The notes: generated by a model not told the origin, from the letters alone. A stretch of DNA of 53,697 nucleotides from a virus (IMGVR_UViG_3300047301_000253:1-53697); one strand, 5' to 3'; counted from the stretch's first letter, positions 19,133-27,791 are shown. Numbers and translations are program-made.

Positions 19133-20197
19133 TTACATTTGCAATAATATATCTACAATCTTGCTGCTTGTTCTTCCATCGCCAAGCCAATCAGTCAGGC
19201 CTGCAAAACTCGCGGCATGACCAGCCAACCAAACCATGCTATCATCGAGCTCAGACTTGAAATTGCTTGATTCTAATGCCAAAAGTCTGCTGCAATTGGC
19301 CTGCATGCTTTCTGGTCGCTCTGTAAAGTCACGAGGACAAATCACAGGAACACCAAGTAGTGCCGCTTCTTCTTGAGAACTCCCAGAATCACTAAATACA
19401 AACAGGCTATTTTGCTGAAACCTAATGAAATCTCGGTATCCCATGAGTTCAACTAGTTCAATACCTTGAAGAGAGAGTCCGAAGTTTGCCAACTCTGAAA
19501 GGGTGCGCGAGAAGCCCAACATCTTAACCGTCAAACCTGTAGATTTTGAATAAAAACTAGCAGCCTCTATAATCTTTTCCATGCGCAGCTTAGATTTGAA
19601 ATTCTCAGGTCGATGAATGTCAAGAAGAATATGCTGTGCTTTGCGAGAGTATGAAAGGTCCGCAATCTTGCGCAGCGGCTCTACGATTGTATTTCCTACG
19701 ACAGATATGCGGTCGTCAGATATATTTTCCGCTCGTGCCTTCGTGGCATAATTTTCATGATACACGAAAAGCATGTCACTTGCATGGTCACACGCTACGC
19801 GATTCGCTTCTTCCAGCATACGCCGATCATAGCTGCGCATTCCTGCTTCAATATGAGCAACCTTAAATCCTTCTTTATGAAGAGGAATACTCGCTAACAC
19901 ACTGTTACTATCACCCAAAAAACACACGACATCTGGTTGTACCTGCAGACACAGTTCCGTTAGCTTAACAGAAAGCTCAGCAACTTGAGAATAATGAGGT
20001 TTCCCTGGCCCACCTACTGCCAAATTATAATCGGGTGCCCTAATCGATAGGTCTTTAAAGAAAACATCCGATAAGCTTGTCTCATAGTGCTGGCCTGTGT
20101 GCACGAGCACATGATTTGCACGGGCATCTAACTGCCCAAATACCGCAGACATGCGTATGAAATCAGGACGAATTCCTGTGCATGAGAGAATCTTCAT
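19133..20197 (-). CDS. wecB: UDP-N-acetylhexosamine 2-epimerase (non-hydrolysing, WecB/FnlC family)
   Basis: GIRPDFIR, HTGQHY, GDSNS, HIEAGMRS, HRPEN, DSGSSQEEA, TERPE. Confidence 0.9.
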   Translation of the reverse strand: MKILSCTGIRPDFIRMSAVFGQLDARANHVLVHTGQHYETSLSDVFFKDLSIRAPDYNLAVGGPGKPHYSQVAELSVKLTELCLQVQPDVVCFLGDSNSVLASIPLHKEGFKVAHIEAGMRSYDRRMLEEANRVACDHASDMLFVYHENYATKARAENISDDRISVVGNTIVEPLRKIADLSYSRKAQHILLDIHRPENFKSKLRMEKIIEAASFYSKSTGLTVKMLGFSRTLSELANFGLSLQGIELVELMGYRDFIRFQQNSLFVFSDSGSSQEEAALLGVPVICPRDFTERPESMQANCSRLLALESSNFKSELDDSMVWLAGHAASFAGLTDWLGDGRTSSKIVDILLQM

Positions 20198-20907
20198 ATT
20201 TTCTCCACTATTGAAATAGATTGCTTATTTGTGGAAGAGTCGATATCCCTCACCTTGGAAATCCACTCCGCCGCCTCTGCCTCTGTACGGAAAACTTTCC
20301 ATATGATTTTCCCGGATGAAGTTAAAATCCTTCCTCTCCAGCGCAGATACTTCTTGCTGAAACAGTAACCTTTTCCTGTATGAATCCGAGCATTGCGAAG
20401 TTGGGCGCGCGCTTCGTCAGTAACCCGATGCCCTAATCCATGTTTGTTGCCTATCTTGACTGCACTCATTTTCGCCCTTGTCTCGTCAGAAACAATCTTA
20501 CCCGTTATGGCCTTACTAATCTTTAGTTTTATCTCGTCAGAAGTGACCCTTCCCACTCCTGCCAGGCTCATTTTTGCTTTAGATTCGTCGGAACGTTTCA
20601 TTCCCAGCTGCGACCCAGCAGTAACGCAAATATTATACCCACGGGATCGCTCGTAAGAAAAAAATAAATCTAAGTAAACTTGTTCAAATGCAAGTAAGTG
20701 TTGTTTGGCCACCACCTCAATTGTCTCAAATTTAAATGCGGCCTCTCCGTGTTTAGCCCAAGAGGACTGTAGGTATACACTGTGGTGTTTTCCATTGTTC
20801 AATTGGCGCCTATGCTGCTCCCACCTTTTCTTGATATTTATAGCTGAGCCGATATAACATTTTCCATTGATCATGTTCGTAATTTTATAAATTCCAGAAG
20901 TTGTCAT
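20194..20907 (-). CDS. GIY-YIG homing endonuclease with NUMOD3-type repeats
   Basis: SGIYKITN...CYIGSA...RWEQH, GYN, repeated SDE(S/T)KAKMS units; start at MTTSGIY or at 20931. Confidence 0.9.
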   Translation of the reverse strand: MTTSGIYKITNMINGKCYIGSAINIKKRWEQHRRQLNNGKHHSVYLQSSWAKHGEAAFKFETIEVVAKQHLLAFEQVYLDLFFSYERSRGYNICVTAGSQLGMKRSDESKAKMSLAGVGRVTSDEIKLKISKAITGKIVSDETRAKMSAVKIGNKHGLGHRVTDEARAQLRNARIHTGKGYCFSKKYLRWRGRILTSSGKIIWKVFRTEAEAAEWISKVRDIDSSTNKQSISIVEKI

Positions 20908-20968
20908 ACTTTGATTTACATCGTAGTGCAATTAACAGCTTGGCGCAGCAGTGTGTTCGTAAATTTTG

Positions 20969-21796
20969 TTAAAATTCCTCTCGAATATATTCCCTACTCC
21001 CCCAATTAAACCCTTCGTTTGCTACACTTAGGTGCTTGAGTGACTCGTAAAGAGCTTTGTTTGACCCGCCAAACTGGTAGCCGCGGCTATGAGATAGGTG
21101 GATCCCCGCAATGCTAGGCGTAAACTCAGCGGGAAAGCCTGCCTGAGCGCAGCAACGTGCAAAAAAATCGTCTTCATACCCAATTGACTCCAGAAACCGC
21201 TCGTCGATACCACCGACCTTGATAAAGTCATCGCGGCGCAAGTATCCAAGAAAATAGTTAATCGGCAACCATGGGCGGGCAGCAACATCATCACGGCACA
21301 TGGCGCCATTGCCTGGGCGTACACATAGTGCCTTCATTGCAGCTACACTGATTCCGGCAGAAATATTTCCAACTGCACTTTGATGACGTTCATCGATCCA
21401 ACCAAGAGCAAAGCGGCTCTTTCCGTCAGAAAAGAGCTGGGCTGTAACCTCTACATTTGTAGAGGCATTGATGACCTCAGGAGAAGTTAAGCACACAACA
21501 TCGCCTCGCGCGGCAAGAACGCCAATATTTTGTGCGAGCGCAGGATTATAAGCTCCACCATATTCCCCAACGGGGTGGCTCATTGGGTGAGCGGTTGGAT
21601 CGATATGAAGGCCCTTTATCGTCAAGCCAGCTTGCCTTGCCTCATTCACTACACGCTTAAGTTCAACCAGCCCTTCTGGGCTACTGTTGTCTACAATGAC
21701 GATCTCAAAATTCTTGTCTGTTTGAGCCAACAAGGTCTGCAGATTTGGAACCAGCAGGTGTGTTCTATTTTTATGTCCGATAATAATGCTAATCAT
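20969..21796 (-). CDS. GT2-family glycosyltransferase
   Basis: ISIIIGHKNR, QTDKNFEIVIVDN, NIGVLAARGD, GGIDERF...GYEDDFF, HLSH. Confidence 0.85.
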   Translation of the reverse strand: MISIIIGHKNRTHLLVPNLQTLLAQTDKNFEIVIVDNSSPEGLVELKRVVNEARQAGLTIKGLHIDPTAHPMSHPVGEYGGAYNPALAQNIGVLAARGDVVCLTSPEVINASTNVEVTAQLFSDGKSRFALGWIDERHQSAVGNISAGISVAAMKALCVRPGNGAMCRDDVAARPWLPINYFLGYLRRDDFIKVGGIDERFLESIGYEDDFFARCCAQAGFPAEFTPSIAGIHLSHSRGYQFGGSNKALYESLKHLSVANEGFNWGSREYIREEF

Positions 21797-21844
21797 CTTG
21801 TCACCAACTTCTGTAGAACTTACACCTGCTGATCTCAACTCAAA

Positions 21845-22792
21845 TCACTTACGAAAGAATCCAGAAACCTTGTTTGCAAACTTTGACCAAAGATTCAGCC
21901 GGCGTGGCTCCTGAAACCAAAGCAAAGCGGCCTGGCTGTCGGCAGTCATATCTTTGATTCTAAATTGGCGAAGCCTTAGTTGATCACCTTCAATCCAACC
22001 TCGGTCAAGTAGGAGCTCTACCGGAAAGTCTGAGCCAGAAAGGATGCAGCAAATATGCTCTTGCTTCTTGACCCCAGACATCCAGAAATCCTCTGTTTCC
22101 TGAGAGAGTGGGCTAACTTCTGGTTCATGGCCTAGTCGAAGAGCTATCTTGATAGCTAGTTTCCAATACAATGGAACAGTATAGTTTTGAGCTTGATCAG
22201 AGAAGTCGCAGTAAGCGTATGGACGGCGCCAAGACTCCCGCTGATTTAGCGGTCGGACAAACACCAGGTCACTGCCTGACTCCTGAGGGTCAAGGAGGTA
22301 CCCCGCGCTATTCTTGTACCAATCTGCCTGCTCAGACATCTCTGTCACAACTTCTAGCTCACCGGGTAGTGAAATTGCGGCCCCAGCCAGCCAACCCTTG
22401 AACTGGCTGCTGTACTCTTTCCACTTAAGGATCTCACTGCCTTCAACAAGCTTTGATTCAATCAATCGCTTGACTCCAAATAATTGGATTGAGCTTAGTA
22501 CTCGTGGGTCAAGCTCTGCCGCAATGTCACGGCGTTGAATTTCCCTAAAGTTAGGAAGCTTGTTCTCCGCGGTCGTCAGCGCAGTAACCGACCCGCCATA
22601 CCAAGACAAGTCTTGGATATTAATTCGGAGATCCTCCAAAGAAAATACTGGAGATTCGATTGTCTCAAACTCTGGTATAATACCTGTTGGGCCTGGAGAT
22701 GCAAGCTCATCAAGGGCTTCTCCGCATGCCCTAAGTAGGGCATCCATATTTTCTACTGTTTCCTGTTCTTTCATAACTTCCTGTTCTTTCAT
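21845..22792 (-). CDS. Hypothetical protein
   Basis: 315-aa ORF; no motif recognised. Confidence 0.7.
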   Translation of the reverse strand: MKEQEVMKEQETVENMDALLRACGEALDELASPGPTGIIPEFETIESPVFSLEDLRINIQDLSWYGGSVTALTTAENKLPNFREIQRRDIAAELDPRVLSSIQLFGVKRLIESKLVEGSEILKWKEYSSQFKGWLAGAAISLPGELEVVTEMSEQADWYKNSAGYLLDPQESGSDLVFVRPLNQRESWRRPYAYCDFSDQAQNYTVPLYWKLAIKIALRLGHEPEVSPLSQETEDFWMSGVKKQEHICCILSGSDFPVELLLDRGWIEGDQLRLRQFRIKDMTADSQAALLWFQEPRRLNLWSKFANKVSGFFRK

Positions 22793-22860
22793 GAGTACTC
22801 TAGGTCATTTGGATTTAGAATTGACAGACCGTGAATCTATTGACGATGTGATTGCGATAG

Positions 22861-23058
22861 TCAGTCTCGAATTGGCTTAGGGTAATATTGCACTAGCAGT
22901 GCCTCTATGCGCTCGGCTCTGCTTTCTGGGTCAGGGTCACGGTTTGCTTTGAGAAATAAATCAAAGATTTCCGACGACCCCAGGCGAAAACCTCTCTTGC
23001 GGTCCAGCTCATCGAGCGATTTAACAAGATCGGGCCATATTGACGTCTTATTCTTCAT
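22861..23058 (-). CDS. Hypothetical protein
   Basis: 65-aa ORF with an AGGAG SD. Confidence 0.55.
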   Translation of the reverse strand: MKNKTSIWPDLVKSLDELDRKRGFRLGSSEIFDLFLKANRDPDPESRAERIEALLVQYYPKPIRD

Positions 23059-23326
23059 CGCTATCTCCTATAAACCGTCGAATGTTTTCAACCGCAGACT
23101 CAAGACTGCTGTGCTCATTGGTTTGATGTGGTCGCCCATCAATCTCCAGATAGGTCTGCCGTTCCATTCGGTCAAAATCCTTAATTAGCCTCTCTAGCAT
23201 CCAAAGAGGAACGACCGCCCATACATCAATGGGGTCTAAGTCGATATTTCTTGCTTTCAGTGCAAGCAGTGTAGCTTGGTCATCAGGCAGTCTTGCTGGT
23301 TGATCTGCAAATTTCAATTTATTCAC
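23048..23326 (-). CDS. Hypothetical protein
   Basis: 92-aa ORF in an overlapping series. Confidence 0.55.
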   Translation of the reverse strand: MNKLKFADQPARLPDDQATLLALKARNIDLDPIDVWAVVPLWMLERLIKDFDRMERQTYLEIDGRPHQTNEHSSLESAVENIRRFIGDSDEE

Positions 23327-23669
23327 TTTGAGACTCTTCGGATTTAGAACTGTCTGATTGTTTAAATAGCTCCGCTACCGCCAGTGGCAAATCCTTCTCC
23401 TCTACCCTCTCTATGTAGTAGAGGTTCTCTAGACGGGCACTCTTTCCCGAAAGACTCCATACTGGAGTACCTCCCTTAGGCAGGTCAAACTCTTTTGTAA
23501 AGGACACAGACCTAATCTTTAGGGCCTCTCGGTGTCCAAGTTTAGTAGACTTGACAATTCCAAGAACTTTGGCGTACTTGAATTGAACTATATGGTGACC
23601 ATAGCTTAGTGGAGTAGGAAATCTTATAAAATCTCCAGCTACAACTGGACTACCGTGAATGTCATTCAT
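23319..23669 (-). CDS. Hypothetical protein
   Basis: Start reassigned to MNDIHG, which gives an ATGA overlap with the nuclease gene. Confidence 0.6.
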   Translation of the reverse strand: MNDIHGSPVVAGDFIRFPTPLSYGHHIVQFKYAKVLGIVKSTKLGHREALKIRSVSFTKEFDLPKGGTPVWSLSGKSARLENLYYIERVEEKDLPLAVAELFKQSDSSKSEESQSE

Positions 23670-24052
23670 CCTCGCACCACACCCTTTACATGACCGGCCG
23701 CCCTCAAGCATTCTGCTAGATTAAAACGATCTGCCTCACCAAGTTCCCCAAGAGCCGCCTCTACAGTTACTCCAAAGTAGATATCAGCAAGCCAGCGACC
23801 ATATTTGTCGTGAGTGTCTCGGTATGTTTGTACAACAATTTCTTGTCCAGCAGCAGTGAGCATCGCAGCAGTGGCTTGCTGTGCAAGCTTCCCAGCTGCG
23901 CTATCCGTGCCATGTAGCTCAGGACAGTCAATACCCAACAGTCTGACAGACTGGTTATGGAGCCACACACCAAACCCAAGGTCGATGTCTAGGCGGACAG
24001 TGTCCCCATCATAGTTAGAGCGATAGCGAGCACGATATGTATATAAGTTCAT
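23666..24052 (-). CDS. Thermonuclease (staphylococcal nuclease family)
   Basis: YDGDTV..DIDLGF, VRLLGIDCPE, DKYGRWLA. Confidence 0.92.
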   Translation of the reverse strand: MNLYTYRARYRSNYDGDTVRLDIDLGFGVWLHNQSVRLLGIDCPELHGTDSAAGKLAQQATAAMLTAAGQEIVVQTYRDTHDKYGRWLADIYFGVTVEAALGELGEADRFNLAECLRAAGHVKGVVRG

Positions 24053-24057
24053 AGTAT

Positions 24058-24084
24058 TCCTCCTGGTAGTTAGGAGGGGGAGGA
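24058..24084 (-). promoter_or_regulatory. Shine-Dalgarno AGGAGG with upstream anti-SD hairpin
   Basis: Minus strand reads TCCTCCCCCTCCTAACTACCAGGAGGAATACT-ATG; CCTCCT pairs with AGGAGG. Confidence 0.6.
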
Positions 24085-24271
24085 TTAAGATAGACGTAAG
24101 CTTCTTGGATTAAAAAAATCGTCGAAACTCTCTCTCTCTTACCTCTATCTCTTTCCAGTCAAATCACCAAATGCAGAAGCACTCTTGAAGCATGTGACCT
24201 CTTTCGAACTACCGAGCAAATTCGACCGGATAAGTAAATAATTCAGGATCGATTTCTGGGGCGATCTGGCT

Positions 24272-24361
24272 AAAAAAACAGCTCAATTTGCAAAGGAAAC
24301 CACCAGGCCGGCGTAGTTCTGCGCGCCGGTGTTTCAACCGGAAATGCAAAAATAGACAGCT
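24272..24361 (-). other. Nested inverted-repeat element in the 355-nt non-coding gap; terminator, ncRNA or origin candidate
   Basis: Helices AGCT, TTTGCA/TGCAAA, GAAAC/GTTTC and CCGGCG/CGCCGG are nested, followed by T7 on the minus strand. Confidence 0.4.
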
Positions 24362-24407
24362 TTGGAGGCCGCCTGGGTATTTTTTCAGTTTTCTGAATGG
24401 TTCTTTC

Positions 24408-26330
24408 TTACGGAGGACCTGTATCCCAAGGAATGAGAAGGCATCTTAGCATCGGCACGTCCGAAAGGCCCATAGGAAAGAATTCCTTGGCTAGAGATGT
24501 ACTCTGAAGAGTGCTCTTGGTAGATCGCACAATGCTTTTCTTAATTTTGCGCTTGGCCTTGATATTGAATCCGACAAGATCTGAATCTGAGACGGCCTTC
24601 AGGTCGATCTTTCTACCATCGGAAAGTTTGGCCTCTATCCGGCTCTCGATTCCATCAGCCTTTAGCTTAGTGTGCAGTTGCTCTTCGATCTTAGAAAAGA
24701 ATCGAGTGGCTGCCTCTCGATTGGCAAACTGAACAGAAACTCCATCGTGACTGTGGATCAAGATACGAACTCGATTTGTGCCCATTTCCTCAGCAATCTG
24801 ATAGAGGTGCTCAGCATACTTTCCCTCAAGAGATTGAAAGTGCCGACTGAGATCCTTGAATGACCAGCTAGCCTCTTTGCAAAAAGAAGTTAGCCCATCA
24901 GAGATTTTTCCAATGAGCCCGCTGCGACAAATGATTCTGGCCAAGATCAAGGCAAAGCCATGCTGAACTCCACGATCTCGTAGGGCCTGCGTGGTATCAT
25001 GGATATGACTGGATGCCGGCTTTCCAAAAAGCACCGCGTATGTTGCGGTCTTGTTGAAATCCTTCAAAAAAGATTCCGTCATGAATTGACGCTGGACCTG
25101 AATGTGAGAAGGGAGATCACTGTAGATAGCCGGCCTGACAGCCTGTAGTTCGTCGAGCTGCATGCTGCCACTGGCGGCGGCCGTGAGCTCATCGAGCAAT
25201 GGAGCTTGCTCTGCGTAGAGTTGGGACCAAAAGGAAGTAGAAAGGTCAAATCCAAGATTCAACTCTTTGTTCGCCATAGCAAGATGCATGTTGGCGAAGT
25301 CAAGCTCAATCAGGTTTGGAAAGATGGCCTTTCGAATTGATCCTGGTATAAATTGGATGCCACCGCCGACTCCAAACATTCGGGAGCTATTGGCGGTGGT
25401 TCGGTAATGACACTTAAATCCGTCGGCATACATCTGCCTAACTTCTCGGATTAAGCTGCGTTGGTAGGGCGTATTTCCATTATATTTTGATGAGTGACGA
25501 ATGTATTGGACAGCCTGGTCTTCATTTAAGACAGGCTTGAACATTCCTCTAGTTATATTTTTCTGCATGTACTTTTCAACAAAGTTAGAAAAGTAGTCAG
25601 ATGATAGGTCAAGCTGGGCCGCTTGTTTTTGGAAGGATTTCCAGTCAGTTTTTTTGCAAAGCTCTATTGCAGAAGTTTTTACTATGCCTGTTGATAACTC
25701 ATAAAACATTTGATCAGCTACTTCGGCAGATACCGAGTTGGCTAAAGGTATGATAACAACGGATCGGCGGCAGATTGTTTTTAAATCAACAGATTCTAGT
25801 TTTCCGTGAGTTCCACGGTGAAGAAGTACTTGTGCTTGACTGTCTAGCCCCATCTCCTTTAAGAGTAAGGCTATGATTGCGCTTGCGGACTTAGGTTTCT
25901 TAAGGCGAGCCAACGTTTGTCGGTTCGCGTCGTAGAATTGAATTGGATCGCGGCCAGTGTCGTACTTGGCGCCAAACGAACGCAGATATTGAGAAATCAC
26001 AACTGGAGCAGAAATTTTTACTGCAGCGTTGGTGCTGATTGCGAGCGCGACGGCAGCGGTCAAAAAATGACCCGCCCAGTGAGGGGCGGGTATCGCGCCA
26101 AAGAATTTTTTTGCAGTTTCGCGGGCGCAGGAGTAGCCGAGTGACCTTGGGAGGTGCTGCATTCTTGCGCCAGATGTATCGCTGGCAAACCCGACTCCAT
26201 CGACTTCGCGATAGACTTTGAAGTTTTTTTCAGGGAAGCGTGGGTGAACAGATGCAATAGTCCAGCCAGCAGAGATTTTTTTCTCTGCGCCGCCGATCTG
26301 GTTGTCTGTTGGACCAAGTGCTGAAATCAT
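24408..26330 (-). CDS. Divergent family-A polymerase-fold protein (TV-Pol-like), no exonuclease domains
   Basis: SRMFGVGGGIQFIP resembles GRLSS..PNLQNIP; motif A LIELDFANMH; motif B NKTATYAVLFG; FQSLE; motif C HSHDGVSV. The true start is uncertain. Confidence 0.75.
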   Translation of the reverse strand: MISALGPTDNQIGGAEKKISAGWTIASVHPRFPEKNFKVYREVDGVGFASDTSGARMQHLPRSLGYSCARETAKKFFGAIPAPHWAGHFLTAAVALAISTNAAVKISAPVVISQYLRSFGAKYDTGRDPIQFYDANRQTLARLKKPKSASAIIALLLKEMGLDSQAQVLLHRGTHGKLESVDLKTICRRSVVIIPLANSVSAEVADQMFYELSTGIVKTSAIELCKKTDWKSFQKQAAQLDLSSDYFSNFVEKYMQKNITRGMFKPVLNEDQAVQYIRHSSKYNGNTPYQRSLIREVRQMYADGFKCHYRTTANSSRMFGVGGGIQFIPGSIRKAIFPNLIELDFANMHLAMANKELNLGFDLSTSFWSQLYAEQAPLLDELTAAASGSMQLDELQAVRPAIYSDLPSHIQVQRQFMTESFLKDFNKTATYAVLFGKPASSHIHDTTQALRDRGVQHGFALILARIICRSGLIGKISDGLTSFCKEASWSFKDLSRHFQSLEGKYAEHLYQIAEEMGTNRVRILIHSHDGVSVQFANREAATRFFSKIEEQLHTKLKADGIESRIEAKLSDGRKIDLKAVSDSDLVGFNIKAKRKIKKSIVRSTKSTLQSTSLAKEFFPMGLSDVPMLRCLLIPWDTGPP

Positions 26331-26959
26331 TCTTCCTTGTTTACCGATTCTGTAGTCTTGGCAGCGAGTATATTTCGGACATATTTCTGCCGATGAATTG
26401 TTAGAACGCCATGGTTTTTTATCATCTCTTGGTGTTTTGTCGAAAGATATCCTGAGTGATCAAGAAAACCCCAATCGGGATATTGTTTATCTAATTGCTC
26501 GCACTCCAGGTCGCGAGCCTCCTTGGCAAGGATAGACGCGGCCCCAATTGAAAGGGACACATTGTCGCCCTTCACACAATAAGTATTTTCGTGTGGAGGA
26601 GCAACCAATGCGCGATTTCCATCAAAGCAAGTAACGCCGGGAGTACGAAGAGCAAGCCATGGCATCATTACTTCGTACCTAAGATAATAGGGATTTCCCT
26701 CATCTATCTCTTTAGCCGTAACCTCCCAAAGCTTCCACTTTCCAAGTTCACGAATGCGCGCAGCAAGCTTTGTCCTCTGCGCCTTGGTTGTCTTTTTGCT
26801 ATCTTTGACACCCGCGAGATCTGCCTCTGATACGGATGGATCGAAAGATACAACCGCAACCCACATGGAGCCTGCTGCGGATCCGTATGAACTTTCATCG
26901 AACCCATAAAATGGCAACCCTCTGTCCCAGGCAAGTCTTTCCAAGCTAAAGTCTGCCAT
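26327..26959 (-). CDS. rnhB: Ribonuclease HII (atypical)
   Basis: GFDE, KDSKK, FDGN, KGD..SLSIGAASILAK.ARD, HSGY, IHR. Confidence 0.88.
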   Translation of the reverse strand: MADFSLERLAWDRGLPFYGFDESSYGSAAGSMWVAVVSFDPSVSEADLAGVKDSKKTTKAQRTKLAARIRELGKWKLWEVTAKEIDEGNPYYLRYEVMMPWLALRTPGVTCFDGNRALVAPPHENTYCVKGDNVSLSIGAASILAKEARDLECEQLDKQYPDWGFLDHSGYLSTKHQEMIKNHGVLTIHRQKYVRNILAAKTTESVNKEE

Positions 26960-27744
26960 TATGCTCCTAGTTTTTTAGCAAGTGCCGTATAAAGTTCTAC
27001 AGCCGAACACTCAGAAAGCCCGCTCATTTGCCCATCATTGAGCTCAATAAGAATCCAGTCGCCACTCTCTGTCTCTGCGATATCTGCCACAACAAACCGG
27101 GCTTTGATTCTGCTGCCGATCTCTTTAATGAAAGATTCTGGCGGCTTTCGCTCTTGACCACTAAGTTCATCGCTGTGTGAGCTCCAGTAGTATGCGGTCA
27201 CAAGCGGCTCACCATCCAAGAAGAATGTGCGATACTCATTTGTGATCGGAAGCCCGCGCAACCCAGTAGAAACTTTCTTAAGCGGAACGTACTGACGGAT
27301 GTAGATTGACTGCTGGCCAACCAAGCTATCATTCTGAAGTCGGCAGTACACTTCTGGTAGTGCCGTGCGATCAGCTGCATACATGTGGGTGTCCCATTCA
27401 AACTTCTTAGAGTTTGTCTGGCCCTTGAGGACAAACGGCCCATTCTCTTTGCTTGCGTCAAACAAAGAAAACCAAGTCTTCGGCGTTAGATCTTCGAAAT
27501 AGGAATACCACTGTTGCATGTCTGCAATCCAACAATGCTCACTGTAGGAGTTTATTAGGCGACTTCCATTTAAGACAAGATCATTGTCGAGCTCTTTGTA
27601 GTAAGGTAGGACACTATACCGGCCTACGACTAGGGTGTCTTGTGGTATAGCGCAACGAGAAGAATAGGTCGAGAGGCAAGACTCTGCCACTTTAAATTCC
27701 TCTTCGTTGTCTGAATCTTTGCGAAAAAGTATAGCCGTCTTCAT
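26959..27744 (-). CDS. ATP-grasp protein, R2K clade
   Basis: LTPKTW, PFVLKG..NSKK, IRQYVPL, EYRTFFLDG, FVVADIA...W.LIELNDGQMSGL. Confidence 0.8.
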   Translation of the reverse strand: MKTAILFRKDSDNEEEFKVAESCLSTYSSRCAIPQDTLVVGRYSVLPYYKELDNDLVLNGSRLINSYSEHCWIADMQQWYSYFEDLTPKTWFSLFDASKENGPFVLKGQTNSKKFEWDTHMYAADRTALPEVYCRLQNDSLVGQQSIYIRQYVPLKKVSTGLRGLPITNEYRTFFLDGEPLVTAYYWSSHSDELSGQERKPPESFIKEIGSRIKARFVVADIAETESGDWILIELNDGQMSGLSECSAVELYTALAKKLGA

Positions 27745-27757
27745 AGTTACTCCGTAT

Positions 27758-27791
27758 AAAAAAACAAGGAGAGCCTGCGCCCTCCTTGTTT
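27758..27791 (-). terminator. Intrinsic terminator
   Basis: AAACAAGGAG/CTCCTTGTTT 10-bp stem with a T7 tail on the minus strand. Confidence 0.75.

Noticed and set aside
20194-20968. Group I intron around the GIY-YIG gene
   Set aside because: The flanking genes appear complete and there is no spare sequence for a ribozyme core.
22821-22850. Plus-strand sigma-70 promoter at TTGACA
   Set aside because: There is no convincing -10 element at the right spacing, and it points antisense to the genes.
24408-26330. Reverse transcriptase (retron/DGR) or a bounded transposon
   Set aside because: The motifs match the Pol A palm (D, K..Y..G, HDG) rather than YxDD. I found no template/variable repeat pair, terminal inverted repeats or transposase.
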